The notes under the pieces are model-generated. The model was given only the letters and a program-made list of their open reading frames with translations. It had not been told where the DNA came from and made no database searches. A stretch of 63,606 nucleotides of DNA, counting the filler, from Klebsormidium nitens (lineage: Eukaryota > Plantae > Klebsormidiophyceae), in the NCBI GenBank assembly GCA_000708835.1. It is 8 parts of 8 records of this genome, joined end to end, with 100 filler letters (N's around TTAATTAATTAA, not from the genome) between each part and the next. Parts side by side here need not be neighbours in the genome. Positions count along the whole stretch, not along the records: positions 27,893 to 35,612 come from DF238280.1; positions 35,713 to 42,735 come from DF238348.1; positions 42,836 to 47,328 come from DF238495.1; 5 more parts are not named here. One strand, 5' to 3'. The stretch's first letter is position 1; each line of letters opens with the position of its first letter. This document shows, piece by piece, positions 35,581-46,827 of the stretch. A program made the position numbers and the translations under genes.

Positions 35581-37236
35581 CGAGAGTCTTGAAAATCCCG
35601 AGTGAAAGCTTGNNNNNNNNNNNNNNNNNNNNNNNNNNNNNNNNNNNNNNNNNNNNTTAATTAATTAANNNNNNNNNNNNNNNNNNNNNNNNNNNNNNNN
35701 NNNNNNNNNNNNAAACACCTCCTCGGTGGGCTCAGCGTTACGCTCGTTCTTCTCGTTGTAGCCATGAGGCCACACTCCGGCGCCACCATCCTGCATTGCT
35801 AAGGACTGCCATGATGGCGCACAGTCAGCTTCAGCGCGCTGCGTGCTAAGGGTCAGACATGTGCTCAATTATGCATCCTCAGTCAAGCGCCATTGCGCGA
35901 AGCAGGTGTGCGCTTGTCCCTCAAAAGCATGCATGCACCTTCACAAGGCTGTCAAAGTGCTGCTCAAACGGGAGCGCAAGAAAACCGGCGTGGATCTGAA
36001 AATCTGCCCTTAGCAAAATGCAACAGCTCGGCAAATCACCCCGTAACGCCCCGATCCGAGCGGTAATATGCAAAACCCTGGCCAGGTCTTACAGCACTTC
36101 CTGACGTAACGTGGCTCCGAAATCAGAATTTTCCTGCCTCGTAACTCTAAGGTCTGAAATCATGCAACGCGGCCAATGCCCTGTCACCGCACAAGATGCA
36201 ACCCACTGAGGTGCCCCTACTGGTCCGTAAGGTGTCACGTGCACCGCTGTCCCTAGAATTAGCCTTTGGTCTCCTTTCACAAAGGAAACCCTGCGTAAAA
36301 GTCAGAGTGCCGAAACGTCTAAAATCCATGCCACCTCAACCCAACTAGCTACACAATGCAGCCAAGCTCAAACCAAAGCATGATCTACTTGCAAGTCGTA
36401 GGAGAAAGCCTCCCGGGCTCGTGGCTACCCGGGCGGCCCCTCAGAACATGCATCTGCGCGGACGCAATGGTTTAAGACAAGGTCACCGGAGAATGATCTA
36501 TCATGCTAAGAAACCACATGTATCAATGAGAACACATGAGAAGCACCGGAGACAACACCTTTACTTCAATGGGCAGCCCTTCCAAAAGAAGCGGCTCCTT
36601 CCTCTCCTTCCCTCCTTCAAGGTCACTTGCAAGCAGATACCTCAGACTTGGTTAAAAGCTCTCTTGTAGCAAAGGCGTTCTAAGAGTGCTAGCATACAAC
36701 CGGGTAAGTACAAGCAATGTGTGTTGTATGGATATCGATAACCCTTAACTAACCGCATACTAGACCGGACTAGCTATGAGGCAAGCATTGTATTAAGCAA
36801 TAAAGTACCGCTTTATATGGTTAACACTGACTATCGAACTCGGGTCGGTTTACCTATATTTCGTGAACCCCGATTTAGGTAGTTCCGAATTGAAGCTAAA
36901 TTGACGGTAACTGTGGATGCCTGGGAGTCACGATCGGACCACCGTTCGATGATACCGAAATGAGGCTAAAAAGTGAATTGTTGTTCTAGCTATACAGCTC
37001 TAATTATGCTAATGGATACTAGGGGTAATGTGGGCCGCAGTTCTTGTTATAGTCGGAATATGTCGCCCCCACCGTGTGGTTGTCACAGCTGAGAAGCAAT
37101 CGGGCAAACCGCCACGTATGGCTGTCATGTCTACATGTACCCTCGAACCATTGCATGAGCTCAGAATCGACATGCTACAGCGCCGAGACTGTACGTCATG
37201 ACAATAGTCTATACCGATTGTATTGACTACACCTAA

Positions 37237-37269
37237 GAGCGAGATAGACTAGCCTAGTCTATCTCGCTC
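37237..37269. repeat. Perfect 16-bp inverted repeat with a 1-nt spacer
   Basis: GAGCGAGATAGACTAG-C-CTAGTCTATCTCGCTC. Confidence 0.95.
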
Positions 37270-37481
37270 CTAGGTCTACTAGTAGTAGACTAAAGGCATC
37301 TAGGATTCAATAGAAAGTTGCGGCTTACTAAGAATCCTATTACTAAATAACCTTGGTTATGAAGGCTAAGTATAATTCTAAGTAACGACTCAGACTGTAC
37401 CCGTCCGGTGATCAAGGTCTTAAAGGATCCTTGACACATCCGAATACGAGGTTGCCAGACTGTATCAGCCAGCATGTCTTA

Positions 37482-37739
37482 TGTGACGAGGCGGCTGCCA
37501 GGGCAGTGCCCTTGTACGGGGAAGCGTCATTGCGTGGTCTGCCACAGTCTTAAGTGAGATTGCAAACTGCCAGCCTAGATGAGGAGGCTGCAGCACTAGC
37601 CTGCAAATCTTCACTATAAAATGGGTTGGATTGCGAAGTTGCGAACACATAAATACTTCTTGCGTTCGAGCTTCCACCCGCACGACCATTCCAATCTTCT
37701 GCAACTACTCGGCCCAACTTACGGGTTGAGCCCGTCACA
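37482..37739 (+). mobile_element. 5' LTR (258 bp) of a Ty3/Gypsy retrotransposon
   Basis: Starts TGTGACG and ends CGTCACA (7-bp terminal inverted repeat, TG...CA), followed after 1 nt by a PBS and then gag. Confidence 0.8.
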
Positions 37740-37740
37740 C

Positions 37741-37751
37741 TGGCATCAGAG
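37741..37751 (+). promoter_or_regulatory. Primer-binding site complementary to the tRNA-Met(i) 3' end
   Basis: TGGCATCAGAG immediately after the LTR-terminal CA; the canonical plant PBS is TGG(T/C)ATCAGAGC. Confidence 0.75.
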
Positions 37752-38040
37752 GCAAATTCCTCTTTCTGCCTTCCTTTCGGCCCCCCACTATCCCTTCAAA
37801 AGCTCTCCCGAGCTTTCTTTAAGCCCCTCAATCATGGGCGGCGGCACCTCTCTTCCGCCTGTCAGCGCAGCCTCGATCTTTGTCTCGTATGGAGGCAATT
37901 GCTCACCGCTTTAGTGAGCGGGCGAAGGGCGCGCAGGTTACTGTGGCGCGCTTGCGTGGCGGCGCCATCGAAGCTGGGCAGGGCGGCTCGCGTGTGCGAT
38001 TCGCGGGGGTAGATGGGAGACGGCCATGCATGAAGCCGAT

Positions 38041-40230
38041 ACCCAGACTAATATGGAGCGTGAGGTCCCTGAGTCCCCTACGTCTCAGATTGCACGTCTT
38101 GAAGCCGCACTTGCTGAATCTCGGTTGGAATCTGCTGGACTTCGGCTTTCTGGTGTCTCGTTTAGAACTCAGAAGCCTGATTCAGTGAAGCTGACTCGTT
38201 TTATGGCAAGTCTTCAGACGGGGCAATGGACATTAGGACTTGGTTCTCGATGATGGAACTTAAGAGTACTGTGCATACACCAAGGTTCCTGAAGATGAGA
38301 GGGCTGCTTGCGTCTCTCTTTATCTAGATGGGAAAGCGAGGGTGACATATCATGCTCGGGTCCAGTCGGCCAAGCTCCTCATACCCGAATTCAAACCAAC
38401 CACGACATGGCTTAAGGACTTGCTGCTTTCTGCGTATGGATCCATTGACCCCGTTTCAGAGGCCTGGACTAAGCTTAAAAGACTTCGTCAAGGCTCTTCT
38501 TCGGTTGAGGATTATGCGCTGACGTTTGAGCAAGTTTGTTGTGAGTTCCGTAAGGAGAGTATTTCAGAGGCAGTCAAAATCCAGATGTTCATGGACGGTT
38601 TGAAAAGCGAGGTTCGTTTCCGGTGTGCATCATGCCGGACGGATCCCGTTGGACTAGCTTTGCTCTGTTTCTCAAGTGTTGCTCGCTCAATTGGGCAGTG
38701 ATGCAACAGACGAGGAAGGACCCAAATCCGGGTCCGGGGTCGCATCGGAAGGTTGAGAGCAAGCTTCGAAGGCGCTGTCGCGACGTTGCGGCAAACCGAG
38801 CGATTGCCTGAATTACCGGGCAGCTCGACTCGGCGACCGACGCGACAGCGTGAATGCCTTCGCAGCGACGCGAGGGCGTTACACACTTGCGACGTTGCAG
38901 CCAGTCGACTCGCGCGCACGTGCGGCAAAATTTGGAAAATTTAAAATTTCACCGTCGATGAAAATTACGATCGAAAATCGGCGTTCGAAATTTGCCCCGC
39001 AGCTTTCGGGAAGCGCCTTCGCGGCGCTGAACACTTGAATTGTCGTAGCGCCTTGACGGCGCTGCGGTAGCCGGGGCTCACCCTTCCGATGCGGGGTCGG
39101 GTCCTAGTCGGTCAGCCGCGGATAAGCAAAGCAAGCCCAAGACTAACCGCCCCTTCAATCTTGTGCAAGGCGCTGTGACTAGGAAGAAGCAGCACCACCA
39201 TCCCTACATGAAGAAGTGGATGGGCAAGGCGAACGGGTCGGAATTGGAAATCGCTCGGAAGGGGGTGGCACGGCTCATGAAGGCGGAAGTGTGCCTCTAC
39301 TGTAAGAAGAAGGGCCACTTCGCTAGGGGTTGTTTGCAAAACCCTAAGAACTGTAAGGCCGCCGCCACCCCTCAGTCGGAAAACTCTTAAGCTCTCTTTC
39401 TGAGGCTGATAAGTCAGAGAGCATCGGTAGTGTAGCGAACACTGCAGCTAGTGAGAAAATATACCTAATTTCGGATGACTTAAAATGTTACAGACACGAG
39501 TTTGTAAGGCATTTGGATGATCCGGTGTCATTTCCGTTGCTGGTGTTTACTCTTCTGATTGGCCCGAACTCAGCCACTTTTCCGATCTTGATTTGGCGCA
39601 TAAACACATGTCGATTAACGCCGATTCTGATGCGGGCCTTTGTAGCAGCTTCCAAAGTGTTTATGCTAAGGCGCCGCACGATACTTCGGCTTGCATCCTG
39701 ATAACGCATCCTCGTCAACTTCCTTTGGAATGGTTGAAAGGATGGCGTTCTGTGTATATGGTCCCGCGCGGCTCGCCTTTAATCAAGTATAACAAACAAG
39801 GCGTTGCTGAAGTTACAACTGCAAAGCACGCGCTTCGAGTTATGTATTATGCTAGCCTTCCGGTTCCCGTTGATCTTCTAGCAGAGGATGATGTTACCAA
39901 TGCAACTCTATAGGCACAAAGTCTCGATCAAAGATGCTCTATTCAGGGCGAGCGGCCGGTATTACGGCGAACTTCCTCTTTGGCTCTGGTGCTAGCTGTT
40001 GCTTTGTTTCCGCAATATTGCTGGTATTACTATTGCAGAGAGTGCTTCTCAGGTCGCAAAGTTAGGCAATAACACAGACGTTCTAAGCGATGGCACGGCG
40101 CAAGTGCACATTAGACTTGGTGCTTTTTGTCGACGTATTGATTGTTTCTAGGTTCCTGACTTGTTGGATGGAGTCGATCTAGTTTTGGATGATGACATTA
40201 TGACTTCTTTCAACGTAGAGTTAAGATACC
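38041..40230 (+). pseudogene. Degenerate Ty3/Gypsy gag (CCHC knuckle), intervening methyltransferase-like segment and aspartic protease; truncated before RT
   Basis: DIRTWFSMME, KVPEDERAACVSLYLDGKAR, AWTKLKRLRQGSSSVEDYALTF, FMDGLKSEVR; CLYCKKKGHFARGC near 39290; protease-like LFGSGASCCFVS and DLLDGVDLVL at 39.9-40.2 kb. Several frameshifts and stops. Confidence 0.85.
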
Positions 40231-40590
40231 GAACTCGTGGTGCCGTCCTCTTAAAAAAGTATCATGAGATTCGGTCATGATCGTGCGCCGAACCTCGAAG
40301 GTGTCGGCGGTGGCAGGCACATAGATGCGACCATCTTCTATAACTAGACCCTCTGAAGTGATACGCAGTCGTCGGGCCGCCACGCTGTTTACATCTCGCA
40401 GCGTTGGGTCCTTGGCATACGAAGAAATGATGGCTTCTTGAAGAAGGGGAGGTAAGCCAAACTTACTTGGAAGCGTACACCTTGTGAAGACCTCGCTGCC
40501 AGCTAACACCGTATGGGGTTGGCCGACCGCCACGACCGGCGTGCTAAGCTCTTCATCCCGCAAAAGTGTGAGGCAGGCAGCGTCACTCAC
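40230..40590 (-). pseudogene. Ty3/Gypsy pol fragment (RNase H-integrase linker and start of the H2C2 region), inverted relative to the adjacent gag-PR
   Basis: IISSYAKDP...EDGRIYVPATADTFEVRRTIMTESHD..RGRH matches the RIYVP...R..I..E.HD...GH pattern. Confidence 0.7.
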
Positions 40591-40598
40591 GGGGAACC

Positions 40599-40782
40599 GG
40601 CTTGAGTAAGACTGCAGAATGCCAGCCTAGATGAGGTGGATGCAGCACTAGCCTGCAAATCTTCACCATAAAATGGGTTGGATTGCGAAGTTGCGAACAC
40701 AAAAATACTTCTCGCGTTCGAGCTTCCACCCGTACGACCATTCCAAGCTTCTGTAACTAGTCGGCCCAATGTAACGGTTGGC
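40599..40782 (+). repeat. Diverged partial copy of the LTR at 37482-37739
   Basis: Aligns with 37548-37728 (TGCCAGCCTAGATGAGG...GGGTTGGATTGCGAAGTTGCGAACAC...GAGCTTCCACCCG), but the LTR termini are not preserved. Confidence 0.85.
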
Positions 40783-41162
40783 CAGCTATATGCGAAGAGC
40801 TGGCAGGATACACGTTCAGCAACCAAGTGCGAAAACCATGGAAGCAGGCATTCTCAAGCGATGGCGCAGCTCAGAACAATTGTCGTCTTTCTGCCCAAGA
40901 CAACTTCTGTCCTCTCGTTGGACAAGTCCCTCAGGACATCCTTCAAGATTTCAGAGTCTTGTTTCTGCCTGCGTTTAGTCAGTCACGAATCGTAGAGAGG
41001 CAGACTTGGGCACTGCCCATGGTTGCGTCTAGTCATCTCCATGACGTCCTTCCAGCATGGCAAAGAGCATACTTCCGACTTCAAAGTAGAGCGTCATGCG
41101 CCATGCCAAGCAATCCTGGTCATGAAAAAGACATGCTAGTCTAGTAGCTCTACTTATACTAC

Positions 41163-41613
41163 TGTTGACATATCCAATAATAATCATTATCGAACATTAC
41201 TTCGACAGCTGCCACGTGTCACTACCGGACAGTGGACTTAGATTGCCACGCGTCGCACGGGCGAGCGTTCTTTAACTCTGTGGGTTTGAGCGGTTAAGCT
41301 TAACCATAGCCCAAACGTCACAATACCCTGTTACTCTTCCTCAGCTTATTTTACTTCCCCTAAGGATAGGAAAACTACTACTTGCTATCCTGACTGACAG
41401 TCAAGGGGTGAACACACTACCGCAGAGACAAGGCACATCCTTGATCTTGACGTTGGCAACGTACGTCAGCGTGCTGCGGGCGCTCGCGCACTGTTACTAC
41501 AAAAGATCTCCTTAGAGCCTTTGACAGTGACCGCGACACTTCACGAAGAGACAACTACTACACTTCTGACTACAGAGGCCAAAAACTACTACTTCTACAC
41601 ACAACCACTCTCT
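41163..41613. mobile_element. Possible LTR remnant, perhaps the 3' LTR of the minus-strand element at 42 kb
   Basis: Begins TGTTGACA, non-coding, and lies 3' of the integrase across the gap; the other end is hidden in Ns. Confidence 0.3.
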
Positions 41614-42042
41614 TNNNNNNNNNNNNNNNNNNNNNNNNNNNNNNNNNNNNNNNNNNNNNNNNNNNNNNNNNNNNNNNNNNNNNNNNNNNNNNNNNNNNNN
41701 NNNNNNNNNNNNNNNNNNNNNNNNNNNNNNNNNNNNNNNNNNNNNNNNNNNNNNNNNNNNNNNNNNNNNNNNNNNNNNNNNNNNNNNNNNNNNNNNNNNN
41801 NNNNNNNNNNNNNNNNNNNNNNNNNNNNNNNNNNNNNNNNNNNNNNNNNNNNNNNNNNNNNNNNNNNNNNNNNNNNNNNNNNNNNNNNNNNNNNNNNNNN
41901 NNNNNNNNNNNNNNNNNNNNNNNNNNNNNNNNNNNNNNNNNNNNNNNNNNNNNNNNNNNNNNNNNNNNNNNNNNNNNNNNNNNNNNNNNNNNNNNNNNNN
42001 NNNNNNNNNNNNNNNNNNNNNNNNNNNNNNNNNNNNNNNNNN

Positions 42043-42735
42043 GTCATTTAGGTCGACAGAGACGAAATGACGCAAATACGTTTCCAGCGATTGATTCACT
42101 CGTTCTGACTGACCGTCAGTTTGTGGATGGAAAGAAGACGACATAACGTGCCTAGTACCAATAAGCTCCGTTACCCCTTTCCAAAACGCACTCGTGAATC
42201 GAGTATCACGATCTGTGATAAACTCCTTGCTCAGACCGTGAAACTTCCAAATCTGATCAATATAGAGCTCTGCAAAATCCTTTGCAGACAAATCCTCTCG
42301 GCAAGCTACGAAATGCACCATTTTCGTCAACTTGTCGACAAAGACACAAACACTGTCATTCCCTCGTTCCGTCTTGGGCAACTTAAAAATAAATTCAAAC
42401 GTAATAGTTTCCCAAGGCTTCTGTGGAACAGGGAGAGGCTGCAATGCACCAAAGGGCCTGTGGCAACGGGACTTATTTCTTTGGCACAAAACACAGCAGG
42501 AGACATATTTGGTTACATCCTCTGTCAGAGATGCCCACCAAAACAACCGACCAACTGCCTTTCTGGTCTTCTCTATTCCATAGTGTCCCGAGTAAGGTGT
42601 ATCGTGATACTCTGCGATAATTTGCCTTCTCAGATCAACGTCATCTGGGACGACTATCGGAGACTTCCTTTTCAAGACAAAACCTTGCCAAGTGGTACTC
42701 AGCTGGTTTGAGTCCGCCCAGTTTGCATGTCGCTG
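42043..42735 (-). mobile_element. Ty3/Gypsy integrase (H2C2 zinc-binding and rve core), partial between gaps
   Basis: YHDTPYSGHYG...CVLCQRNK; WETITFEFI (first catalytic Asp appears as Glu); FITDRDTRFTSAFW; FHPQTDGQSERVNQSLETYLR. Confidence 0.95.
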
Positions 42736-42835
42736 NNNNNNNNNNNNNNNNNNNNNNNNNNNNNNNNNNNNNNNNNNNNTTAATTAATTAANNNNNNNNN
42801 NNNNNNNNNNNNNNNNNNNNNNNNNNNNNNNNNNN

Positions 42836-43628
42836 TGTCTTTGAGCTCCACCAAAGACCCGTCAGTTGAGATCTCTTTGCTTTCAGTGCCACTCGCCTCC
42901 GCACGCTGGCTGGTATTGTTGTTTACCAACTCAGTCAACCATGGAGGCATTTCTTTGCACGCTTCATAGCTTGGCGGACCGTTGAGCCACTCGTACGTCT
43001 TAAGGTTACCTTGACCATCAATGTAGCTTGACGGCTGGGCATAAATGAGCCCTCCAATTTTACGACCATCCACCGCAAACTTTTCGCCATCGATCTTTAT
43101 AGTCGAGAAGTCTCGTTTGCATTTGAGGCCCGGCGAATTTGCCCTAAAGTAAAAATGTAACCCGCCCGATCCGCTTTTAGCTTTTAGTGTCTCCGGTTCT
43201 CCATGAATAGCGATCAGAGGATCCCAAAGTTCCATTCCCGGAGTCTTTGTGTCATCGTCCGTGACATCAATATCAATTGCCATGATGCCGCTAGCCTCCG
43301 TCAATATCGCAATTCCATTCGCGTTTTGAACTTCGCCCATAACGCGATCGAAGGCGGTCTTCCACGACTTTGGAGTCGTGATTTGCCGCCACTTTGGATG
43401 ATGAGCAGCTTTTTTAGCTCTTGCCGGTTTGACTATCCTCCCCTCGTCATCCTTTTTATCCTTCCCGTAATCCCAATACATGCGCACCGGTATAGCAAAT
43501 ATGCCAACCTCACTGAGTTTTTTGATCTCGTTCCTGATGGCTTTGGGCTCTACGGCCCTAGACGATCTGGTGCCCTAGGGCCCTGGGGCGCTAGCTCCAA
43601 CGGTTGCGAGCCTTGTGGCCCAGGCCAT
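42836..43628 (-). pseudogene. Intronless Prim-Pol (bifunctional DNA primase/polymerase N-terminal domain); upstream in-frame TAG, truncated by a gap
   Basis: GIAILTEASGIMAIDID, SGSGGLHFYF, VDGRKIGGLIYAQPS, TYEW...MPPWL. The frame extends upstream to ATG 43628 through a TAG at 43575-43577. Confidence 0.88.
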
Positions 43629-43734
43629 GGTGACTGTACTCCAGTGAGGAAAAAAAAATGGGACGATTGAAACGCGCTCCTTCGACGTCTGCGTTCTCGT
43701 ACCACTTTTTTTCGAAGCTTCATTGTAGGGCGTC

Positions 43735-44070
43735 ATGGTCCAAAGCACAAGTCCTTTGATTGACACCGAGACTTATCCGTGTCATTGCCGCGTTTGTGAG
43801 ACGAGTCGCGCTTACCAAAAAAAACACCATGTGGAACACGCGCAGACCGTTCGAAGATACTATGGCCGAAACCGGGAGAACATCCTCATGCAAAAAGCGT
43901 ACAAACGCTTGCTTACTGGGACTACAACAAAGCTCCACAAAGCCACAATTCAGCGCTTGATAGACGCCGGGTATAATGTGTCCCGGACGGCCGTCCCCTT
44001 GGACACGGGACGCGAGTCCAAAGCCCCCACCGTGTCTTTGAGTGCGTTCACAAGCATCGAAGTCTCATGA
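43735..44070 (+). CDS. Small basic hypothetical protein, virus-like
   Basis: 111-aa ORF with CxCxxC and RRYYGRNRENILMQKAY, in a compact intronless cluster. Confidence 0.5.
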   Translation: MVQSTSPLIDTETYPCHCRVCETSRAYQKKHHVEHAQTVRRYYGRNRENILMQKAYKRLLTGTTTKLHKATIQRLIDAGYNVSRTAVPLDTGRESKAPTVSLSAFTSIEVS

Positions 44071-44116
44071 AAGAGGGGTAAGTGGCAAGGCGGTCGAAGG
44101 GTCTGAGCGTCTCAGA

Positions 44117-45169
44117 CTAGAATTGGATGCGAGATCCATCCGGTCTGTATTTGAGTTCATAGTGGCGCATCGCGATTGGTGCCGTATGCAACATTGACCT
44201 GGCAAGCTGGTCTCGTTCAGAGAGGCTTGGCGCATCCTTCATCGCATTGCTGACAGTGATCTTTCGAAGGAGGCACGACCCCAGATTTGAATCGGGATAG
44301 ATGGCCGCTAAAAACTTGGTCAAATAACCTGATCCCATTGAGGCATCTGGTGTCCTCATTCGGCTGAGCAGGTACTTTCGCAGGAAGATAGCGAGACTCT
44401 CCGCAATCACTTTGCCAAGCCGGACCGGAATGTCAAGAACCTGTGGTCCGTGTGTTTTGTCGGTTTTGTACGAGTTGAGATGGAGCCTATAGCTTCCCTT
44501 TGCATATTCCAGGAGGTAGTTGCGGAATCCGGACATCAGCTCACGTGCGGCGGTGCTTCCAATCTCTTCAAAGGGCACAATGGGAAGATCGCTCCAGTCG
44601 TTACGGATCGCAGGCATTTGGGTGTATAAACTTAGCACGAGGTAGCGGCAAAGCGTCACTTTATCCGCAACCGTAACCTCTTCCGGCTTTTTGGGCGCGA
44701 TGGATCGATTGATCTTCCGTTGAAGTTCGACGCGGCGTTGATTGATCTCGTCCAACGACTTCCAGTTCTTTGCCTCTCGCTCTGACATATGTTGAGCAGG
44801 CCGAGCATCTTCCATGGCCTTTCTAACGGCAGTGTATCTCTTGAAAAGTGCCTCGTAGATCCGTTGATCACTGGGCCATAGTTTCCGAGCTATGACGAGG
44901 AGAGGGCTTCTGCTCGTTGCTTGAGTTGGTAGTTTGTTGGGATAAGCATTGTCAAGAAACTCAATGATATCATTCGTAGATGTGACCCAGTCGAGATTCT
45001 CGAAATCCTCCTTTGGAGCATGCATGCTCTTGAAGAGGCGCATCACCCGTGCACAGTATTGCTCGACTGTGTACGGGTTTCGTGTCGAATCATCAAACAC
45101 GTTGCGGAGCAGCTGTTCTGCTGACAACGACGTTCTTATAACCTTTGTGGTTGCTTCTGAAGCTGCCAT
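44117..45169 (-). CDS. Tyrosine recombinase/integrase resembling those of Polinton-like viruses and large DNA viruses
   Basis: Intact 350-aa intronless ORF with catalytic motifs in order: PAIRND (Arg I), NSYKT (Lys), CLLRK (H-x-x-R position, His replaced), SMLHT (His II), MRHY (Tyr). Confidence 0.8.
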   Translation of the reverse strand: MAASEATTKVIRTSLSAEQLLRNVFDDSTRNPYTVEQYCARVMRLFKSMHAPKEDFENLDWVTSTNDIIEFLDNAYPNKLPTQATSRSPLLVIARKLWPSDQRIYEALFKRYTAVRKAMEDARPAQHMSEREAKNWKSLDEINQRRVELQRKINRSIAPKKPEEVTVADKVTLCRYLVLSLYTQMPAIRNDWSDLPIVPFEEIGSTAARELMSGFRNYLLEYAKGSYRLHLNSYKTDKTHGPQVLDIPVRLGKVIAESLAIFLRKYLLSRMRTPDASMGSGYLTKFLAAIYPDSNLGSCLLRKITVSNAMKDAPSLSERDQLARSMLHTAPIAMRHYELKYRPDGSRIQF

Positions 45170-45421
45170 GCCTAGGGTATCTAGATACTGAGAAAAAAAA
45201 GATGAACGGCATCTGGCCGCGAAGTGCTCAGATACCGAATCTCCGTGTTCATCTTTCTTTTCACAGTTTCGGTGCGTCTAGGAGCTTTTCATGGTTATCT
45301 TCCACGCAAAAGCTTGTAAAACCCGGCTTGGGGGGCTTGACGCTTTTCTAGTATCGGCCGATACCTGAATATTGCCAGATACACGAATATGGATGTTCGG
45401 AATTTCTAAAACGAAGCTCTT

Positions 45422-45988
45422 TCAGCAATTCATTTTAGAAGTGAAATCTTGTGGAGATTTGCTGGCATGGCAAACTTTGTTGGGATTCGCAAGCGCCTCT
45501 AATTCCAAGATTGGTGTCTCACTCCACACCATGCTAGGGGCATATTCGGCACTCGATGGAGAACGGGCTTGGATATCTGTGCAACCGGTTGGAAGAACCG
45601 ACTCTCGTTCATGCGATATGTTCTTTAGCCGTGATTCCCTTAAGCGTAGCTTCTTTGCTTGACGTTGAGCCCGAGACGCGTTCTTGAGGGCAACCCGCCC
45701 ACTGACCTTAAGAGCAAATGGGCCATGGATGCGGCTTCGAACCCTATATGAAGAAAAACCTTCTGCATTCAGGGATCGCACGAGCGCTCTAGCTGGTAAT
45801 ATGACGCAAGTTAAACGTTCTGCAAGAGCGCGGATTCCCGCTAAGGCAGCTGGATCAAGGATCGTTTCAAGCAATCCAAAGTCATTGTACGATCTTACTA
45901 TTGCGGTTCTAGCACTCTCGAGAACCGCTCGGTCCATCTGCTCAACCGCAAACGTGGTTGGAGGACAAAAGCCTAAAATTGCATCCAT
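45422..45988 (-). CDS. Hypothetical protein (188 aa) in the recombinase cassette
   Basis: ATG-initiated intronless ORF, co-oriented between HIRAN and the recombinase; no domain recognised. Confidence 0.5.
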   Translation of the reverse strand: MDAILGFCPPTTFAVEQMDRAVLESARTAIVRSYNDFGLLETILDPAALAGIRALAERLTCVILPARALVRSLNAEGFSSYRVRSRIHGPFALKVSGRVALKNASRAQRQAKKLRLRESRLKNISHERESVLPTGCTDIQARSPSSAEYAPSMVWSETPILELEALANPNKVCHASKSPQDFTSKMNC

Positions 45989-46348
45989 TCAAATCGTTGA
46001 ATACGGCGCACAAAAGAATCACAAGATATCATTGCACACAGCCGCTAAGTGCTTCTACTTGATACTTTGATTGTTTATGTATCTCTTATATGCCTTTGAC
46101 TTCTTGAACTTTTGCTGCGGATTCGAGGCATCCGTTCGAGGCAAAGGAAGCAACCGCCATCTCGTTTCTATTGCTGTGGCAAATTGGCTGCCGATGGTAC
46201 GGCATCATGCGAGTGAGTGGCGGCAGACATGATAGACCTTCGGATTGAAATGAATCCGAAACTTGAATGGGTGCTCCTCATTTCCCTAAGTCTTGCATCG
46301 ATTCTTGGGATCCGTCATACAAGATGTCAAATGCTTGCTCAAATCTCT

Positions 46349-46771
46349 TCAGGGCCCCGTGATCCGAGTCCTGATCTCTTGATGGCAATATGGCAAACGA
46401 GTGCAAGATTTTGAGGAGGGGCCAACTCGCTGCAGCCTGCGGAGTCCGCCATAGCTATTGTGAAACCCCATGGCCCGCCGCCGACCGCCCCTGCCTCGAT
46501 TGATACGATGGACTTTTGCTGGCAACCCCGAATCCGCACGAACAGGCTCAAAAACTCTGTGGTGCTTATCACCGCGTCCAATGAAGCCGAGTGGCATGCT
46601 GCGATCGGCCGAGTGGAAGATGGCAACCGCATATGAGCCGAAGCCGTTCCCCAAATGCTTCAGGAGCACGAGCTCTTGGCCAACCCTTAGGTCGCGAACT
46701 GCAGCCTGTCTATTGTCGAAGGTCCATCCAACGGCTCGGCATAGCGTGTGGCCGTCGGGGAGTTGCTCCAT
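46349..46771 (-). CDS. HIRAN-domain-like protein
   Basis: RAVGWTFDNRQAAVRDLRVGQELVLLKHLGNGFGSYAVAIFHSADRSMPLGFIGR follows the HIRAN pattern V.G......L..G..L.L....N..D..AV.V.....LG(Y/F)I. Confidence 0.65.
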   Translation of the reverse strand: MEQLPDGHTLCRAVGWTFDNRQAAVRDLRVGQELVLLKHLGNGFGSYAVAIFHSADRSMPLGFIGRGDKHHRVFEPVRADSGLPAKVHRINRGRGGRRRAMGFHNSYGGLRRLQRVGPSSKSCTRLPYCHQEIRTRITGP

Positions 46772-46827
46772 TGCCGCGGTCGAAATGTGACGTTGTTTGG
46801 TCCAAGCATAAGCGACGATCAAACTTA

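Noticed and set aside
36040-37230. Possible additional LTR beginning CGTAACGCCCCG
   Set aside because: It resembles chromovirus LTR starts, but no matching terminus, second copy, PBS or TSD was found.
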